DNA of 64,000 bases, from the sequence record NC_052652.1; one strand, written 5' to 3'. Under the pieces are notes generated by a model that saw only the letters and a list, made by a program, of their open reading frames with translations, made no database searches and was not told the DNA's origin. The stretch's first letter is position 1. The number at the start of each line of letters is the position of its first letter. A program made the position numbers and the translations under genes. This document shows, in pieces, positions 53,121 to 63,515 of this stretch. This stretch comes from Escherichia phage vB_EcoM_PHB05.

Positions 53121-54101
53121 ATGGCAAAGCCACAATACTACCCTGACTGGGCGACACAAACAGTAACCCTCCCAGGAACGGGAAACACAAACAAGATTAG
53201 ACCAAAAGAAACCATCCGTAATGTCGGTATGGACTTTGGTCAGATTATGACTTGTGAAGAAATGAACTGGATCTTAAACAATATTGGGTCTTGGATTCGC
53301 TATATGCAAGATGAATTCTTCCCAACATTGCCTACTACATATCTTCCTATAGTCGGTACTAAAATTACAATGGCAGGTGATGCTACAGGTGAAGTTACAT
53401 GGAACGGTAATGCTGCTGTAACATTGTCTATTCAAGTCGTAGATAACAGCCATAATCACTTATCAGCTAACATTACAGACGCAACATCAAACCAAGTTGT
53501 AGGGAATGTCCTTGTTAAGCGTGATAATGGTGGTGCTATCTATGCAGGTGATATTTACACTTGTGGTACAGGTGCTACAGATCCTGCAACATTATTTTTT
53601 AGAAACTATAACGGACAAACAGTAGGCAATATGTCTTCTGAACCAGGTGCAGGTGGTCAACTCTATATTTATAGAATAAATCCATCTACTGGAGGAACAT
53701 CTTGTGGAGTTCGTTTGTATGATGCAGGTTATGTTTTAATAGACAATCCTCGTTCTAATTCTGGTCAAGACACTGGCAATGGTAATGCTCTTGTAAGATT
53801 AGATTATCTTAACTCAAGACTAAACTCATTGCAAAGTACATTGCAAAATAATATTAACAACGTTAATAGCAACTTGCAAGGCCAAATTAATAACATTAAC
53901 AATAGAGTTTCTTCTGTTGTGTCTTCTATCCGTCTAGGTACACGTATTAAAGCTGGTGTATCTGAATCTCCTTTCTATGCTGGTCACGTGATCACAGGCT
54001 GGGGTTTTGGTGATAAGAAAGAACTTCGTGGTGCTTGGTATTGGTCTGCTCCGCTACAATATTACATTAATGGTAGGTGGATAACAGTAACCAACGTTTA
54101 G
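53121..54101 (+). CDS. tail fibre protein (hypothetical)
   Basis: Asn-rich heptad-like segment NNINNVNSNLQGQINNINNRVSS; AAGGAG RBS. Confidence 0.4.
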   Translation: MAKPQYYPDWATQTVTLPGTGNTNKIRPKETIRNVGMDFGQIMTCEEMNWILNNIGSWIRYMQDEFFPTLPTTYLPIVGTKITMAGDATGEVTWNGNAAVTLSIQVVDNSHNHLSANITDATSNQVVGNVLVKRDNGGAIYAGDIYTCGTGATDPATLFFRNYNGQTVGNMSSEPGAGGQLYIYRINPSTGGTSCGVRLYDAGYVLIDNPRSNSGQDTGNGNALVRLDYLNSRLNSLQSTLQNNINNVNSNLQGQINNINNRVSSVVSSIRLGTRIKAGVSESPFYAGHVITGWGFGDKKELRGAWYWSAPLQYYINGRWITVTNV

Positions 54102-54113
54102 TAAGGAGAACAC

Positions 54114-54665
54114 ATGAAAAAAGATGTTATTTACACTGGCTTTGAACTATATCAACCAGAATTGACAGAAGAAAATGTCATGTATCTTTCAATAGGTGCT
54201 GGTTTTCTTAAAGATAAAGATGGTAATGATTGGTACGAAATTCAGAAATATTTATCCAAAAATTACCCTGATGCCTATTTCTTAACTCTAGATCACAACA
54301 ATGTAGTTGTTGCAGCTACGAAAGATGTTTCTACATATTTTCCCGCTGGTCTTACTGTTCTTGTAACATACAATGTTCCAGATAAGATAGAAGAAGAAAG
54401 CAACCTAGGATCGTGGAGATATGACAATGGTAAGTTTGTTTCTCATAATGGGTTTGCAATAGAAGATGCCAACCTTAAAATGGAAAAAGAATTAACTTGG
54501 GCCACAAATCAAATATCTGCAATTCAAGATTTAGAGGAATTACAAGGTTTATCTGAAGAACAAAAAGATTGGTTAGGAAAAGTTAAACTATATCGTGCAA
54601 CACTGATTCAAATTAACGTTGAAGATGCACCTAATATAACTTGGCCTACAAGACCTAAGAAATAG
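54114..54665 (+). CDS. tail fibre assembly/structural protein (hypothetical)
   Basis: 183-aa ORF with AAGGAGA RBS. Confidence 0.35.
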   Translation: MKKDVIYTGFELYQPELTEENVMYLSIGAGFLKDKDGNDWYEIQKYLSKNYPDAYFLTLDHNNVVVAATKDVSTYFPAGLTVLVTYNVPDKIEEESNLGSWRYDNGKFVSHNGFAIEDANLKMEKELTWATNQISAIQDLEELQGLSEEQKDWLGKVKLYRATLIQINVEDAPNITWPTRPKK

Positions 54666-54674
54666 GGGTAATGT

Positions 54675-55016
54675 ATGGAGCTAACAGAAGTATGGGATAT
54701 CGCTAAAGAGGCGATTATCCCTCTTATTGGTGTAATCTGGGTGGTCTTCAAACAGAAGATAGATGATATAGCAAGTGATTTGGATAAAATGGAAGACAAA
54801 TACCGTGAACTAGAAAAGAAGTTGGTGTTTGTTGAATCCACTTATGCTACCAAAGCAGAACTTGCTCAAATGCTTAACCAGATCAACTCTACATTAATGG
54901 CAAATAATACTGCCTTAGAACAGAAAATTGAAAAAATAATGGATTTAAAAAATGCTCCTGTTCAATTAATGCTAGAGGAGATTACGAAGCGCACACAAAG
55001 TAAGGACAAAAATTAA
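54675..55016 (+). CDS. hypothetical protein with N-terminal hydrophobic segment and coiled coil
   Basis: 113-aa ORF. Confidence 0.35.
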   Translation: MELTEVWDIAKEAIIPLIGVIWVVFKQKIDDIASDLDKMEDKYRELEKKLVFVESTYATKAELAQMLNQINSTLMANNTALEQKIEKIMDLKNAPVQLMLEEITKRTQSKDKN

Positions 55017-57430
55017 TGGCGAATTTTCCAACATATCCTGCTACGACACTAGAACAAGGTGTTGATCTGGTTATATTCTCGTCTAACCAGATGCATGATG
55101 TTATTAACGGGGATGCTACAGCAACTGTAGAAACCGAAACAGGTTTAATACCTACACTGCGTAAAGCACTTGTTGATAACTTCTTCTTTAAGAGTCCTGT
55201 TGCTTGGTCAGCAGGATCAACTGAAACTGTATTTAACCAGTTACGTTATTTTGAAAACGGCATCTTGAGTGGGTACTACTATGCCCCATCTGCCACTACT
55301 GCGAACCCTGTACCTATGCAGGGTACACCTGTAGGAGACAGTAACTGGACTCTGTATGCTCTTAAAACTGAACAGTTAGCTTCAGATGTGTATCCTTGGT
55401 ATTTTAAAGGTGCTACAGGGTATGAGACAGAAATCAGTCCTCCTTATATCTTTGATAATGCTATTGTCACCATTAACGGTGTAATTCAGATTCAGGGTGA
55501 AGCATTTACTATCAAAGATAGTAAAATTATTCTGGCAGAACCATTAGGTTTAGATCCGTCTACTGGTCTACCTAACAAATTGTTTGCTTTTATTGGTAAA
55601 ACAACAGCCTCTACTTCTTACGTAGAGAAAAACCTTTTGTCATCTACCACTGGTGCAGCAATGGTTGGTCTTCCATCTGGAGGCAATCTGTTACAAGCTC
55701 AATACTTTGTAACGCCTGAGCAGTTTGGTGCAATTGGTGATGGAGTTACCGATGATACTCAAGCAATTCTAAAAACCATTACTTTCGCTAACACGAATAA
55801 CATTCAAGTACGTGCAGATAAGAATTATAGATTCACAAGCTCAATTGCTATGTCTGGTATTCGTTGGTATGGTGGTACATTCACTGGTAACGGTGGAACA
55901 ATGATTTCTACTGTGTCCTGTTGGATTGAAAACGTTCGCTTTGAAAAATGTTATGTTAAGATGTTAGGTGGTGATTGCCGATTCTATCGTAATATCTTCT
56001 CCAACGCAACATCTACAGCAGCATTCTTAATGCAAGCAATGACAAGTGAAGGTACGTTGGACTTCAGTTACAACGAGATGTATGGTTGTAAATATGCGAT
56101 CCTGCAACAAGGTACTGGAGAAGTAATGACCTATGGGCGTTACTCTAACAACTACATTCACGATATCAAAGGTGATGCTATTGAACTTAACGTAGTTCAA
56201 AGACACTACACTGAAGGTTTGATCATCGAGAATAACCACATTGCTAACGTAGATGCTTCTGGACAAGGTGCAAACTGGGGTATTGGTATTGGTGTAGCAG
56301 GTAGTGGCCCATATGGTGTTGATGCTCCTGATTCACAATATGTACGTAACTTCAGTATCGTTGGAAATAGAGTTTACAATTGCCGTCAATGTCTACACGT
56401 TGAAATGGGTAAAAACTTCACAATACGTGATAACGAAGTTTATCCTAACACAGCAGTTTCAACAGGTACAGGTTTAACTACTTGTGGTGTTGCATTATAC
56501 GGATGCCAAGACTTTGAAGTTGATGGTTTAACTGGTTATCTGCTTAATGATCCGTCTGTTTCAACACGCATGGTCTTTATTGACTGGGGTGTTAACGGTG
56601 GAAGATATGCGGGGCCACCAATTAACTTTACAATTAAGAATTTGGATATTCCAGAATCTTCGATTGAGATTGCAACGGCTGGATCAGACGCCTGGGAAAA
56701 CTCTACAATTGTTAGTAACATCAATTGTAATGATTTTAAATGGCGTGGGCTACCATCTAGCTCTACTTTTAATAATATTCGTTGCCGTAGTATTGACTTT
56801 ATTGGTCAACACGGAAGCGGAGAAGGAAGTGGTGGCGGTTTCTATGCTCGCAGCCAATTCACTTATATGAAGTGGGTAGGATGTACAGCACTTAGCGGAG
56901 ATGAAACAACAGTTTCTTTTGCTAAAATCTACACGGATCGTTGCGATCAGGTTGGAAATAACTTTGGTGTTCCAACTGCTGTTGATGGTACAGGTCATCG
57001 TGGGCCAGTCTTAACCACTATTTCTGAACAATATTTTACAGATTATGATGAATTCCCAGGTGGGCGTGACTTCCCTACTGGAACAGTTATTCATTGTGCA
57101 AGCGGTAAAAAACACGTTGTTACAGTAGGTGGTGCTTTCTTTAGTAATAAAGAGAAAATAAAAGCAACTGTTACAGGTCAAACCTATCTACAGTCTAATG
57201 CTTTAAACTGGGCTAGTAATGGCTACGCTAAAGCGGCAGGTACTAAGATTGTTATTCCAGGTGCAGGAGCAAATGGTGGCGATCTTGTGACAACTATAGC
57301 ACGTGCTACATATGTGACAAATAGTTTGTACACAATAGATATTGCAGATCCAATTGTAACACCTACAGCAGAGAATACACAAATTAAAGCTCTGAACCCT
57401 GTTACTTTTGTTACTGTCAATAATGCTTAA
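55016..57430 (+). CDS. tailspike/tail fibre protein (804 aa), beta-helix-like
   Basis: Long ORF with Gly/Asn-rich repeats. Confidence 0.45.
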   Translation: MANFPTYPATTLEQGVDLVIFSSNQMHDVINGDATATVETETGLIPTLRKALVDNFFFKSPVAWSAGSTETVFNQLRYFENGILSGYYYAPSATTANPVPMQGTPVGDSNWTLYALKTEQLASDVYPWYFKGATGYETEISPPYIFDNAIVTINGVIQIQGEAFTIKDSKIILAEPLGLDPSTGLPNKLFAFIGKTTASTSYVEKNLLSSTTGAAMVGLPSGGNLLQAQYFVTPEQFGAIGDGVTDDTQAILKTITFANTNNIQVRADKNYRFTSSIAMSGIRWYGGTFTGNGGTMISTVSCWIENVRFEKCYVKMLGGDCRFYRNIFSNATSTAAFLMQAMTSEGTLDFSYNEMYGCKYAILQQGTGEVMTYGRYSNNYIHDIKGDAIELNVVQRHYTEGLIIENNHIANVDASGQGANWGIGIGVAGSGPYGVDAPDSQYVRNFSIVGNRVYNCRQCLHVEMGKNFTIRDNEVYPNTAVSTGTGLTTCGVALYGCQDFEVDGLTGYLLNDPSVSTRMVFIDWGVNGGRYAGPPINFTIKNLDIPESSIEIATAGSDAWENSTIVSNINCNDFKWRGLPSSSTFNNIRCRSIDFIGQHGSGEGSGGGFYARSQFTYMKWVGCTALSGDETTVSFAKIYTDRCDQVGNNFGVPTAVDGTGHRGPVLTTISEQYFTDYDEFPGGRDFPTGTVIHCASGKKHVVTVGGAFFSNKEKIKATVTGQTYLQSNALNWASNGYAKAAGTKIVIPGAGANGGDLVTTIARATYVTNSLYTIDIADPIVTPTAENTQIKALNPVTFVTVNNA

Positions 57431-57470
57431 TTAAAAGGGGCGAAAGCCCCTTTATAAAAGGAGTAGTAAA

Positions 57471-59441
57471 GTGATTTTAACACGTCCAAATAGTGCCATT
57501 GCAGACATGGTAGAGTCTCGCTATAGAAAGCGTAGAAGTTTTGCAAGTGGTTTTACCTTAAGAGATGCTCGTGAAGCATTGCTCTTTGAAGCTGACGGTA
57601 ACTACTATCAGTGGAAAGGTTCTCTACCTAAAGTTGTACCTGCTAACTCTACTCCTACATCCACTGGAGGGATTTCAGATACAGCTTGGAAAAATGTGGG
57701 TAATGCAGATGACATTGCTCAAATAGAATCAGAATTAGATGCTATTGAAGCTGAAATTGAAGATCTTAGAGAATCCATCCCAGAAGCTGGTAAATCAGCT
57801 TACCAGATTGCCGTAGACAATGGTTTCCAAGGTACTGAGACACAGTGGTTGGCTTCTTTAAAAGGTGATCCAGGTGCTCCATTAAAGCTATTAGGGACAC
57901 TATCTAATACCAACCAATTACCTACAAGTGGAAACAATGCAGGGGATGCATGGATTGTAGGCGAGGATATGTATGCTTGGGATGGTACTGCTTGGAGAAA
58001 AGTAAACTCACAGGGGCCAGAAGGTAAATCTGCTTATGAAGTATGGCTTGCAGCAGGAAATGAAGGTACAGAACTAGATTATCTTGCTTCAATTAAAGGT
58101 GATAAAGGGGAGCCTGGCCCAGAGGGGCCACAAGGTGTGCCAGGTAACAATGCTAATGGTTTTGATTACCAAGGCGCAGCTAATTCCGTTTCAGATCTTC
58201 CTTCTGCATCTCATGGAAACACATCTCAAGCATGGAGTGTTGGTACATATCTATACGTGTCAAACGGTGTAGAATGGATCAATATGGGCGCTATAGTGGG
58301 GCCAAAAGGAGATAAAGGCGACAAAGGAGATAAGGGTAACACTGGTGATTCAGCTTATCAAGTCTGGTTAAATGCTGGTAACGTTGGTACTATTGACGAA
58401 TATATTGCCTCTCTGAAAGGAGAAAAAGGTGATAAGGGAGACAAGGGTGATCAAGGTGCACAGGGTATACAAGGCTTGACGGGGCCAACTGGTGCAGGGT
58501 TGACCATTATTGACATTCTGACTAGCACTTCTGAACTGCCACAAACTGGGGAAGATGGTGATGGTTATCTGATCAATAATGAACTTTGGGTCTGGTTGCA
58601 AGGAGCCACAGAGTGGACAAATGTTGGTCGTTTAGCTGGTACTCCAATCACTGCAAAAGGACACGTTGCGTTTGCAAGTGCGCTTCCTCCTACAGCCAAT
58701 TACGGTGATGCTTATCTGACGGAAGATACAGGTCATCTTTACATTTACACCTATAATGAACAAACTCAAACTGCTGAATATGTAGATATGGGTAGTTTGA
58801 AAGGTGATAAGGGTGAAAAAGGTGAGAAAGGTGACGCTGGTACTAACGGTACAGACGGTGCAACTTGGATTGTTAAAACAACAGATCCAATCTCTAGTGA
58901 TGGTAAACAAGGTGATTATGCCTTTAATATCTCCACTGGCGAAGTGTTCTTAAAAACATCTGCAACTGTCTGGACTTCTCAAGGTACACTACCTAGTATC
59001 ACAGATGCACCTAGTGATGGTAAGACTTATGCTCGTAAAGATGGGGCATGGGAAGAACTCACTAATTCTGTAGATGGTCAAGATATAGTTCCAACAAAAG
59101 TAACAACTAATTTTATAGAGGTTACAGCATATACCAATAATTCTGTTACAGGGGACTGGACACCTCCAGGAACACATAACATGAATGTGTTGAATCTTAC
59201 TGGTAACGCTACTATAAAAGCATGGCCTGGTGTCGAAGATAGTACAAAACCTAAACCATTCTCTGCAATAGTTTATCTTATCCAAGATGCCACTGGAGGT
59301 CGTACTGTTACTTTAGATCCATCTTACAAAGTAATTGGTTCCAGTGATATTAATACAGATCCTAACGGAGTAACAATACTACAACTAACATATTGTGGTG
59401 TTGGCGATTACGTGGATGCTATTGTTGCTAAACGCACATAA
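57471..59441 (+). CDS. tail fibre protein with collagen-like Gly-X-Y repeats
   Basis: GPKGDKGDKGDKGNTGDS, KGEKGDKGDKGDQGAQGIQGLTGPTGAG, KGDKGEKGEKGDAGTNGTDG; GTG start after AAAGGAG. Confidence 0.55.
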   Translation: MILTRPNSAIADMVESRYRKRRSFASGFTLRDAREALLFEADGNYYQWKGSLPKVVPANSTPTSTGGISDTAWKNVGNADDIAQIESELDAIEAEIEDLRESIPEAGKSAYQIAVDNGFQGTETQWLASLKGDPGAPLKLLGTLSNTNQLPTSGNNAGDAWIVGEDMYAWDGTAWRKVNSQGPEGKSAYEVWLAAGNEGTELDYLASIKGDKGEPGPEGPQGVPGNNANGFDYQGAANSVSDLPSASHGNTSQAWSVGTYLYVSNGVEWINMGAIVGPKGDKGDKGDKGNTGDSAYQVWLNAGNVGTIDEYIASLKGEKGDKGDKGDQGAQGIQGLTGPTGAGLTIIDILTSTSELPQTGEDGDGYLINNELWVWLQGATEWTNVGRLAGTPITAKGHVAFASALPPTANYGDAYLTEDTGHLYIYTYNEQTQTAEYVDMGSLKGDKGEKGEKGDAGTNGTDGATWIVKTTDPISSDGKQGDYAFNISTGEVFLKTSATVWTSQGTLPSITDAPSDGKTYARKDGAWEELTNSVDGQDIVPTKVTTNFIEVTAYTNNSVTGDWTPPGTHNMNVLNLTGNATIKAWPGVEDSTKPKPFSAIVYLIQDATGGRTVTLDPSYKVIGSSDINTDPNGVTILQLTYCGVGDYVDAIVAKRT

Positions 59442-59480
59442 TCAAAGCCCCTTCGGGGGCTTATTATTTAAGGAGATTAA

Positions 59481-62300
59481 ATGTATCCTATTCCTTTATT
59501 TATGTCAACAACATCAGCTTCAGTAGTAACAGCTACATCTATAACCACTTCCTCTATTGGTATTGCAATAGTTGGTAGTAAAAAGCAACTGACATACACA
59601 GTTTCACCAGAAGATGGTGCGTTATTTGATATAGCTTTTTCATCTTCAGATAATACCAAAATGGTTATAGATAATAATGGTATGATGGAGTTTGTTGCTG
59701 AAGGCGGTTTTGATGCAATAATGACAGCTAAAAATAATTTAGGTGCTGTCTTAACTGATCAATCTGGTGGCTATGCTTCAGAATTAAGTGTGTACACTGA
59801 AAGTCTGTCTGCTATGGATGCAGGAACTACTCAACAATTGGTTGCTACAATCAGTCCAGAAGGTGCTAAAGACCTTCCAGACATGGTGATTACGTACACC
59901 ACAACAGATCCAGAAGTAGCTACTGTAAGTCCTACAGGGTTAATAACTGCTCTTAAAGATGGTAGTTGCCGTATAGGTTGTACTGCAACTTATCAAGGAA
60001 CAGTGGTGGCCTCTGATAGTTCTTATTTAGGTGTTAATGCTGTTCCTGTTATTTCTAATGTAACAGCCGTGGCAAACAGCTATGGAGACATTCGTGTTGC
60101 TTGGGATGTAGCTGATCCGCTAGATGGTGATACTTATACTGTAGAAGTATTAGATTTAAGTAATAACAGTGTCCAGTGGACTACAACAACCACGAATACT
60201 CATGCTTACTTTGATATCTCTGACTCTATTCCTCTTTATGGGTTTGCTCCAACATACCTTAAAATTAGCGTTAAGAGCACCAAAGCAGCACCCGTTATCT
60301 TTAATAACTCAATAGCTACAGATGATTCGTTCATTAAAGAAGTTATTGTCTTTGCTGGACAAGATAACGTAAATGCACACTTTACAGAACTATCTGGTGC
60401 AAATAAAGCAGTAATGAGTAGCACAACAACCCGTAATGCATATGCTACGCAACGTGGTTTAGCAAATGCTGAAGTTCTTCCGTTAAATGCAGCTTCTGGA
60501 TCATCAGCAGCAGATAAATATGCAGATGATAAAGCCGGAACAGGTACACCAGACAACTACTGGTATGATCTGGATAACGCAGCAGATGGGCCATGCTTAA
60601 CTAATTTTATCACTAAAGTCACACCTTATGCAAGTAAGGTTAAAGCAATTATTTGGGGACAAGGTGAAAATGATGCTGTATCAGCATCTTCGACTGTTGC
60701 AGGTAGATACAGTAACACTACACGTTACCATGATGCTACGATAGCTATCTTTGATAAGATGCGTACAATAGTTCCTGCTTCTCAAGCAAAAATTGTTTGG
60801 CAGATCCTAGGACGTTCTTATCTATATGGTGTAGAAGTTAATGGTGTGGATTGGCAGAAATACAGAAATGTACAAAGAACCATCTCTACAGCACGTGACG
60901 ATGTTATCATTGGTTCTTGGGTGGATGGTGCTGAACGCTACAGTGGTTATGTTTATGAAGAAGGTATTGATGGTCGTATCCATTATATTTCTTCTGTATA
61001 CCAAACAGCAGCTACAAAACTTGCTAAATCAGCAGCAGACGGTACAGACTTAACATCAACATCACCTGTTTGGGTTGATATGGCTGTTCCAACTGGAGCA
61101 ACAGCTATTTCCCAAGCTAATCAAGATACAATTTTAGCATGGGATGCTCAAGGTTATAGTAAACACTACTTCCGTAATATTAACGTCTTAACAGCATCTG
61201 TATTAACTGAACAAACGCTTAATACGAACAGTTATACGTTTACCTATGCAGATCAAGTAGAACAATATGGTTTTGCAGCAGGTACTACGATATTTGATGT
61301 TGCATATTATGACGAAGCAAATGATGTGTTATCTCCTTTAGTACGTTTTAATGTTAGCGTTACAGCAGGAAAAGTAGAAGATAAACCTGTCGTGATGGAC
61401 TATGATTTGACGCAAGAAACTCTTCCATCAGATGTTAAGGTTAATGGTGGGAACTCTTTTGCTCGTGCCTCTGGAGATATACTTGTAGCCACTAACACCT
61501 TGGTTGCTCCGTTGGAGTATGTTGGTACTACCCCTGTAGGTAGACGTGTAACAGCTAACACAGCTACACAAATTTTTGTCAACAACGCCTTAACAAGTGC
61601 AAGCCCGTGGGTAAAGACCAACTTAACTGTTGCAGCTTCATCTGATAAATCTCCGGCTGGAACTACTGCTAATGTATTCAAATTAACTCCGACTACAACC
61701 TCTGGTAGTCATATCTTAACTGCAACATATACTAACGCGTACAACATATCTGCCGGACGTAACTGGTCTGCCTCTGTTTTCTTGAAAGCGAACGGGATTA
61801 CTAAGGCCAAACTAAGATTAAAAGCAGGAACTGAAGTTAATGAGGGTACTTTTGATTTAGCAGCAGGTACATTCACAGGAAGTGAAGCTAATATTATATC
61901 TATGGGCAACGGTTGGTATCGTGCTATTCTGCATAAAACAGGGATAGCCAAACAGTCCTCCATAAGTTTTGAAATAATTGCCTTGGATGCAACTGGTGCG
62001 GAGATTTTCGCTGGAGATGGTACTAGTAACCTTGCAGTTTGGTTGCCACAGCTTGAAGGTGCTTCTACAGGAGAAACATCAAAAGCTGGATCGCCTTATG
62101 TCTGCACATATCCTGGAAATTTAGGAGGAGTATCCTTCACTATACCAAGGAACGGACATACTGGTGTGGATGTTTACTATTCCAACGGAGACGTTGTTCG
62201 TGATGTATTCTCTGGCACAGCATCTACTTGGACAATAAACTACTCCAGCTTGTACGATTGGGGATCAGTCTTTATTACAGGTTTGAAATATTACGACTAA
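59481..62300 (+). CDS. tail-associated protein with Ig-like (Big_2-type) domains and SASA/SGNH-type carbohydrate esterase domain
   Basis: N-terminal Ig-like repeats; motifs FAGQDN and IWGQGENDA match GQSN / WxQGESD signatures of sialate-O-acetylesterase-like esterases. Confidence 0.5.
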   Translation: MYPIPLFMSTTSASVVTATSITTSSIGIAIVGSKKQLTYTVSPEDGALFDIAFSSSDNTKMVIDNNGMMEFVAEGGFDAIMTAKNNLGAVLTDQSGGYASELSVYTESLSAMDAGTTQQLVATISPEGAKDLPDMVITYTTTDPEVATVSPTGLITALKDGSCRIGCTATYQGTVVASDSSYLGVNAVPVISNVTAVANSYGDIRVAWDVADPLDGDTYTVEVLDLSNNSVQWTTTTTNTHAYFDISDSIPLYGFAPTYLKISVKSTKAAPVIFNNSIATDDSFIKEVIVFAGQDNVNAHFTELSGANKAVMSSTTTRNAYATQRGLANAEVLPLNAASGSSAADKYADDKAGTGTPDNYWYDLDNAADGPCLTNFITKVTPYASKVKAIIWGQGENDAVSASSTVAGRYSNTTRYHDATIAIFDKMRTIVPASQAKIVWQILGRSYLYGVEVNGVDWQKYRNVQRTISTARDDVIIGSWVDGAERYSGYVYEEGIDGRIHYISSVYQTAATKLAKSAADGTDLTSTSPVWVDMAVPTGATAISQANQDTILAWDAQGYSKHYFRNINVLTASVLTEQTLNTNSYTFTYADQVEQYGFAAGTTIFDVAYYDEANDVLSPLVRFNVSVTAGKVEDKPVVMDYDLTQETLPSDVKVNGGNSFARASGDILVATNTLVAPLEYVGTTPVGRRVTANTATQIFVNNALTSASPWVKTNLTVAASSDKSPAGTTANVFKLTPTTTSGSHILTATYTNAYNISAGRNWSASVFLKANGITKAKLRLKAGTEVNEGTFDLAAGTFTGSEANIISMGNGWYRAILHKTGIAKQSSISFEIIALDATGAEIFAGDGTSNLAVWLPQLEGASTGETSKAGSPYVCTYPGNLGGVSFTIPRNGHTGVDVYYSNGDVVRDVFSGTASTWTINYSSLYDWGSVFITGLKYYD

Positions 62301-62303
62301 TAA

Positions 62304-62327
62304 AAAAGGAGCCATTAGGCTCCTTTT
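62304..62327. terminator. bidirectional terminator hairpin AAAAGGAGCC-ATTA-GGCTCCTTTT
   Basis: Perfect stem with flanking A and T runs between convergent genes. Confidence 0.65.
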
Positions 62328-62335
62328 CTTTTATC

Positions 62336-62767
62336 TTAATCAGTGAAAATTACGCTCACATCTTCTTTAGAGAAGAGTTTATGATCTTCACCTTTTGTCT
62401 CAAGAGTTTCATACAGGTTAAGAAGTTCTGAAACATCTTTCTCTACCAGTTTCTTCAATGTTGCAATTTTCTGTTTGCGACTCTTAATACGTTCAGCTAC
62501 GACCTTACGTTGGTATCCAGCAGTACGATAACCTGAGAAAGTTACACCAGTAAGACTTGCAGTTACAGGATCGTAGTGACGTTCAATCTGAAATTTATTA
62601 AAAGGTACAGCGTCATCACGAATAATCTTACCGCCATTACTTACTTGACGAAGACCAGTAACTTGTTCCAGTCGTGCCATAGAAATCTTTGGAGACAGAC
62701 CAGAGTCCAGGTTCATACCGTTGTTAATCAGTGCTTTCAGGGTGATTTTGCTGTTCAGTGTACTCAT
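62336..62767 (-). CDS. hypothetical protein co-transcribed with DNA methyltransferase
   Basis: 143-aa ORF overlapping the MTase 3' end by 44 nt. Confidence 0.4.
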   Translation of the reverse strand: MSTLNSKITLKALINNGMNLDSGLSPKISMARLEQVTGLRQVSNGGKIIRDDAVPFNKFQIERHYDPVTASLTGVTFSGYRTAGYQRKVVAERIKSRKQKIATLKKLVEKDVSELLNLYETLETKGEDHKLFSKEDVSVIFTD

Positions 62768-63455
62768 TTAGTCGTTCCTCCGCTTGCTTAAAAATATTTA
62801 CATCGGCTTCACAGCCTAAGTATTCTCTACCTGTTAAAAGTGCCGCAACTTGTGTTGTTGCACTTCCAGAGAAGAAGTCTAAGACTACATCTCCTTCGTT
62901 GGTATGTATATTAATAAGGTCACAAAACAAAGTCAAGTGTTTTTGTGTTGGATGAAAACGATCTGCTCCTTGATAGATAGGATACTCAAACACACCCTTA
63001 TGGTAGGAAGCATTGAAGGTTGGCTTCGAACCTTTAACACAAACAATAGCCATCTCTTTAGCGTTACTAAGGTAGTTAACACCACTATTGATGGGTACAG
63101 GGTTTGTTTTAATCCATTCAATAGTACGGAACATACGAAAACCAAGCGGTTCAAGGATTTCACGTAGCTCCTGGATCTTCCAGATATCATACCAAACTAT
63201 GCAAGTACCACCTTTTCTAAGCACCCTATAGGCTTCTTTGAATACTTCTTTAAAGTAAGGAATATCTACAACGTCCCAGTCACCAAAGTTGTAAGATACA
63301 CGGAATCTATCCGTATTTTTTCCAGTAGGCTCTCCAGATTGAAAATTTGTGTCACGAGAAATAGCATATGGTGGGTCAGTAAGAATCAAATCTACACTAT
63401 TGCTTTCGAGGGTTTGCAGGTAGTTTAATGCAGTGTTGTTTACAAATTCGCTCAT
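62724..63455 (-). CDS. DNA methyltransferase (N6-adenine or N4-cytosine, beta-class motif order)
   Basis: DPPY catalytic motif near N-terminus and FFSGSATT SAM-binding motif near C-terminus. Confidence 0.7.
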   Translation of the reverse strand: MSEFVNNTALNYLQTLESNSVDLILTDPPYAISRDTNFQSGEPTGKNTDRFRVSYNFGDWDVVDIPYFKEVFKEAYRVLRKGGTCIVWYDIWKIQELREILEPLGFRMFRTIEWIKTNPVPINSGVNYLSNAKEMAIVCVKGSKPTFNASYHKGVFEYPIYQGADRFHPTQKHLTLFCDLINIHTNEGDVVLDFFSGSATTQVAALLTGREYLGCEADVNIFKQAEERLNEYTEQQNHPESTD

Positions 63456-63473
63456 TATATCTCCTTCAAAGAA

Positions 63474-63493
63474 AAGGAGCCGTTAGGCTCCTT
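63474..63493. terminator. hairpin GGAGCC-GTTA-GGCTCC, near-identical to the one at 62304-62327
   Basis: Same 6-bp stem sequence; differs only in loop first base. Confidence 0.5.
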
Positions 63494-63515
63494 ATATTCA
63501 CACAATATTTAACTA

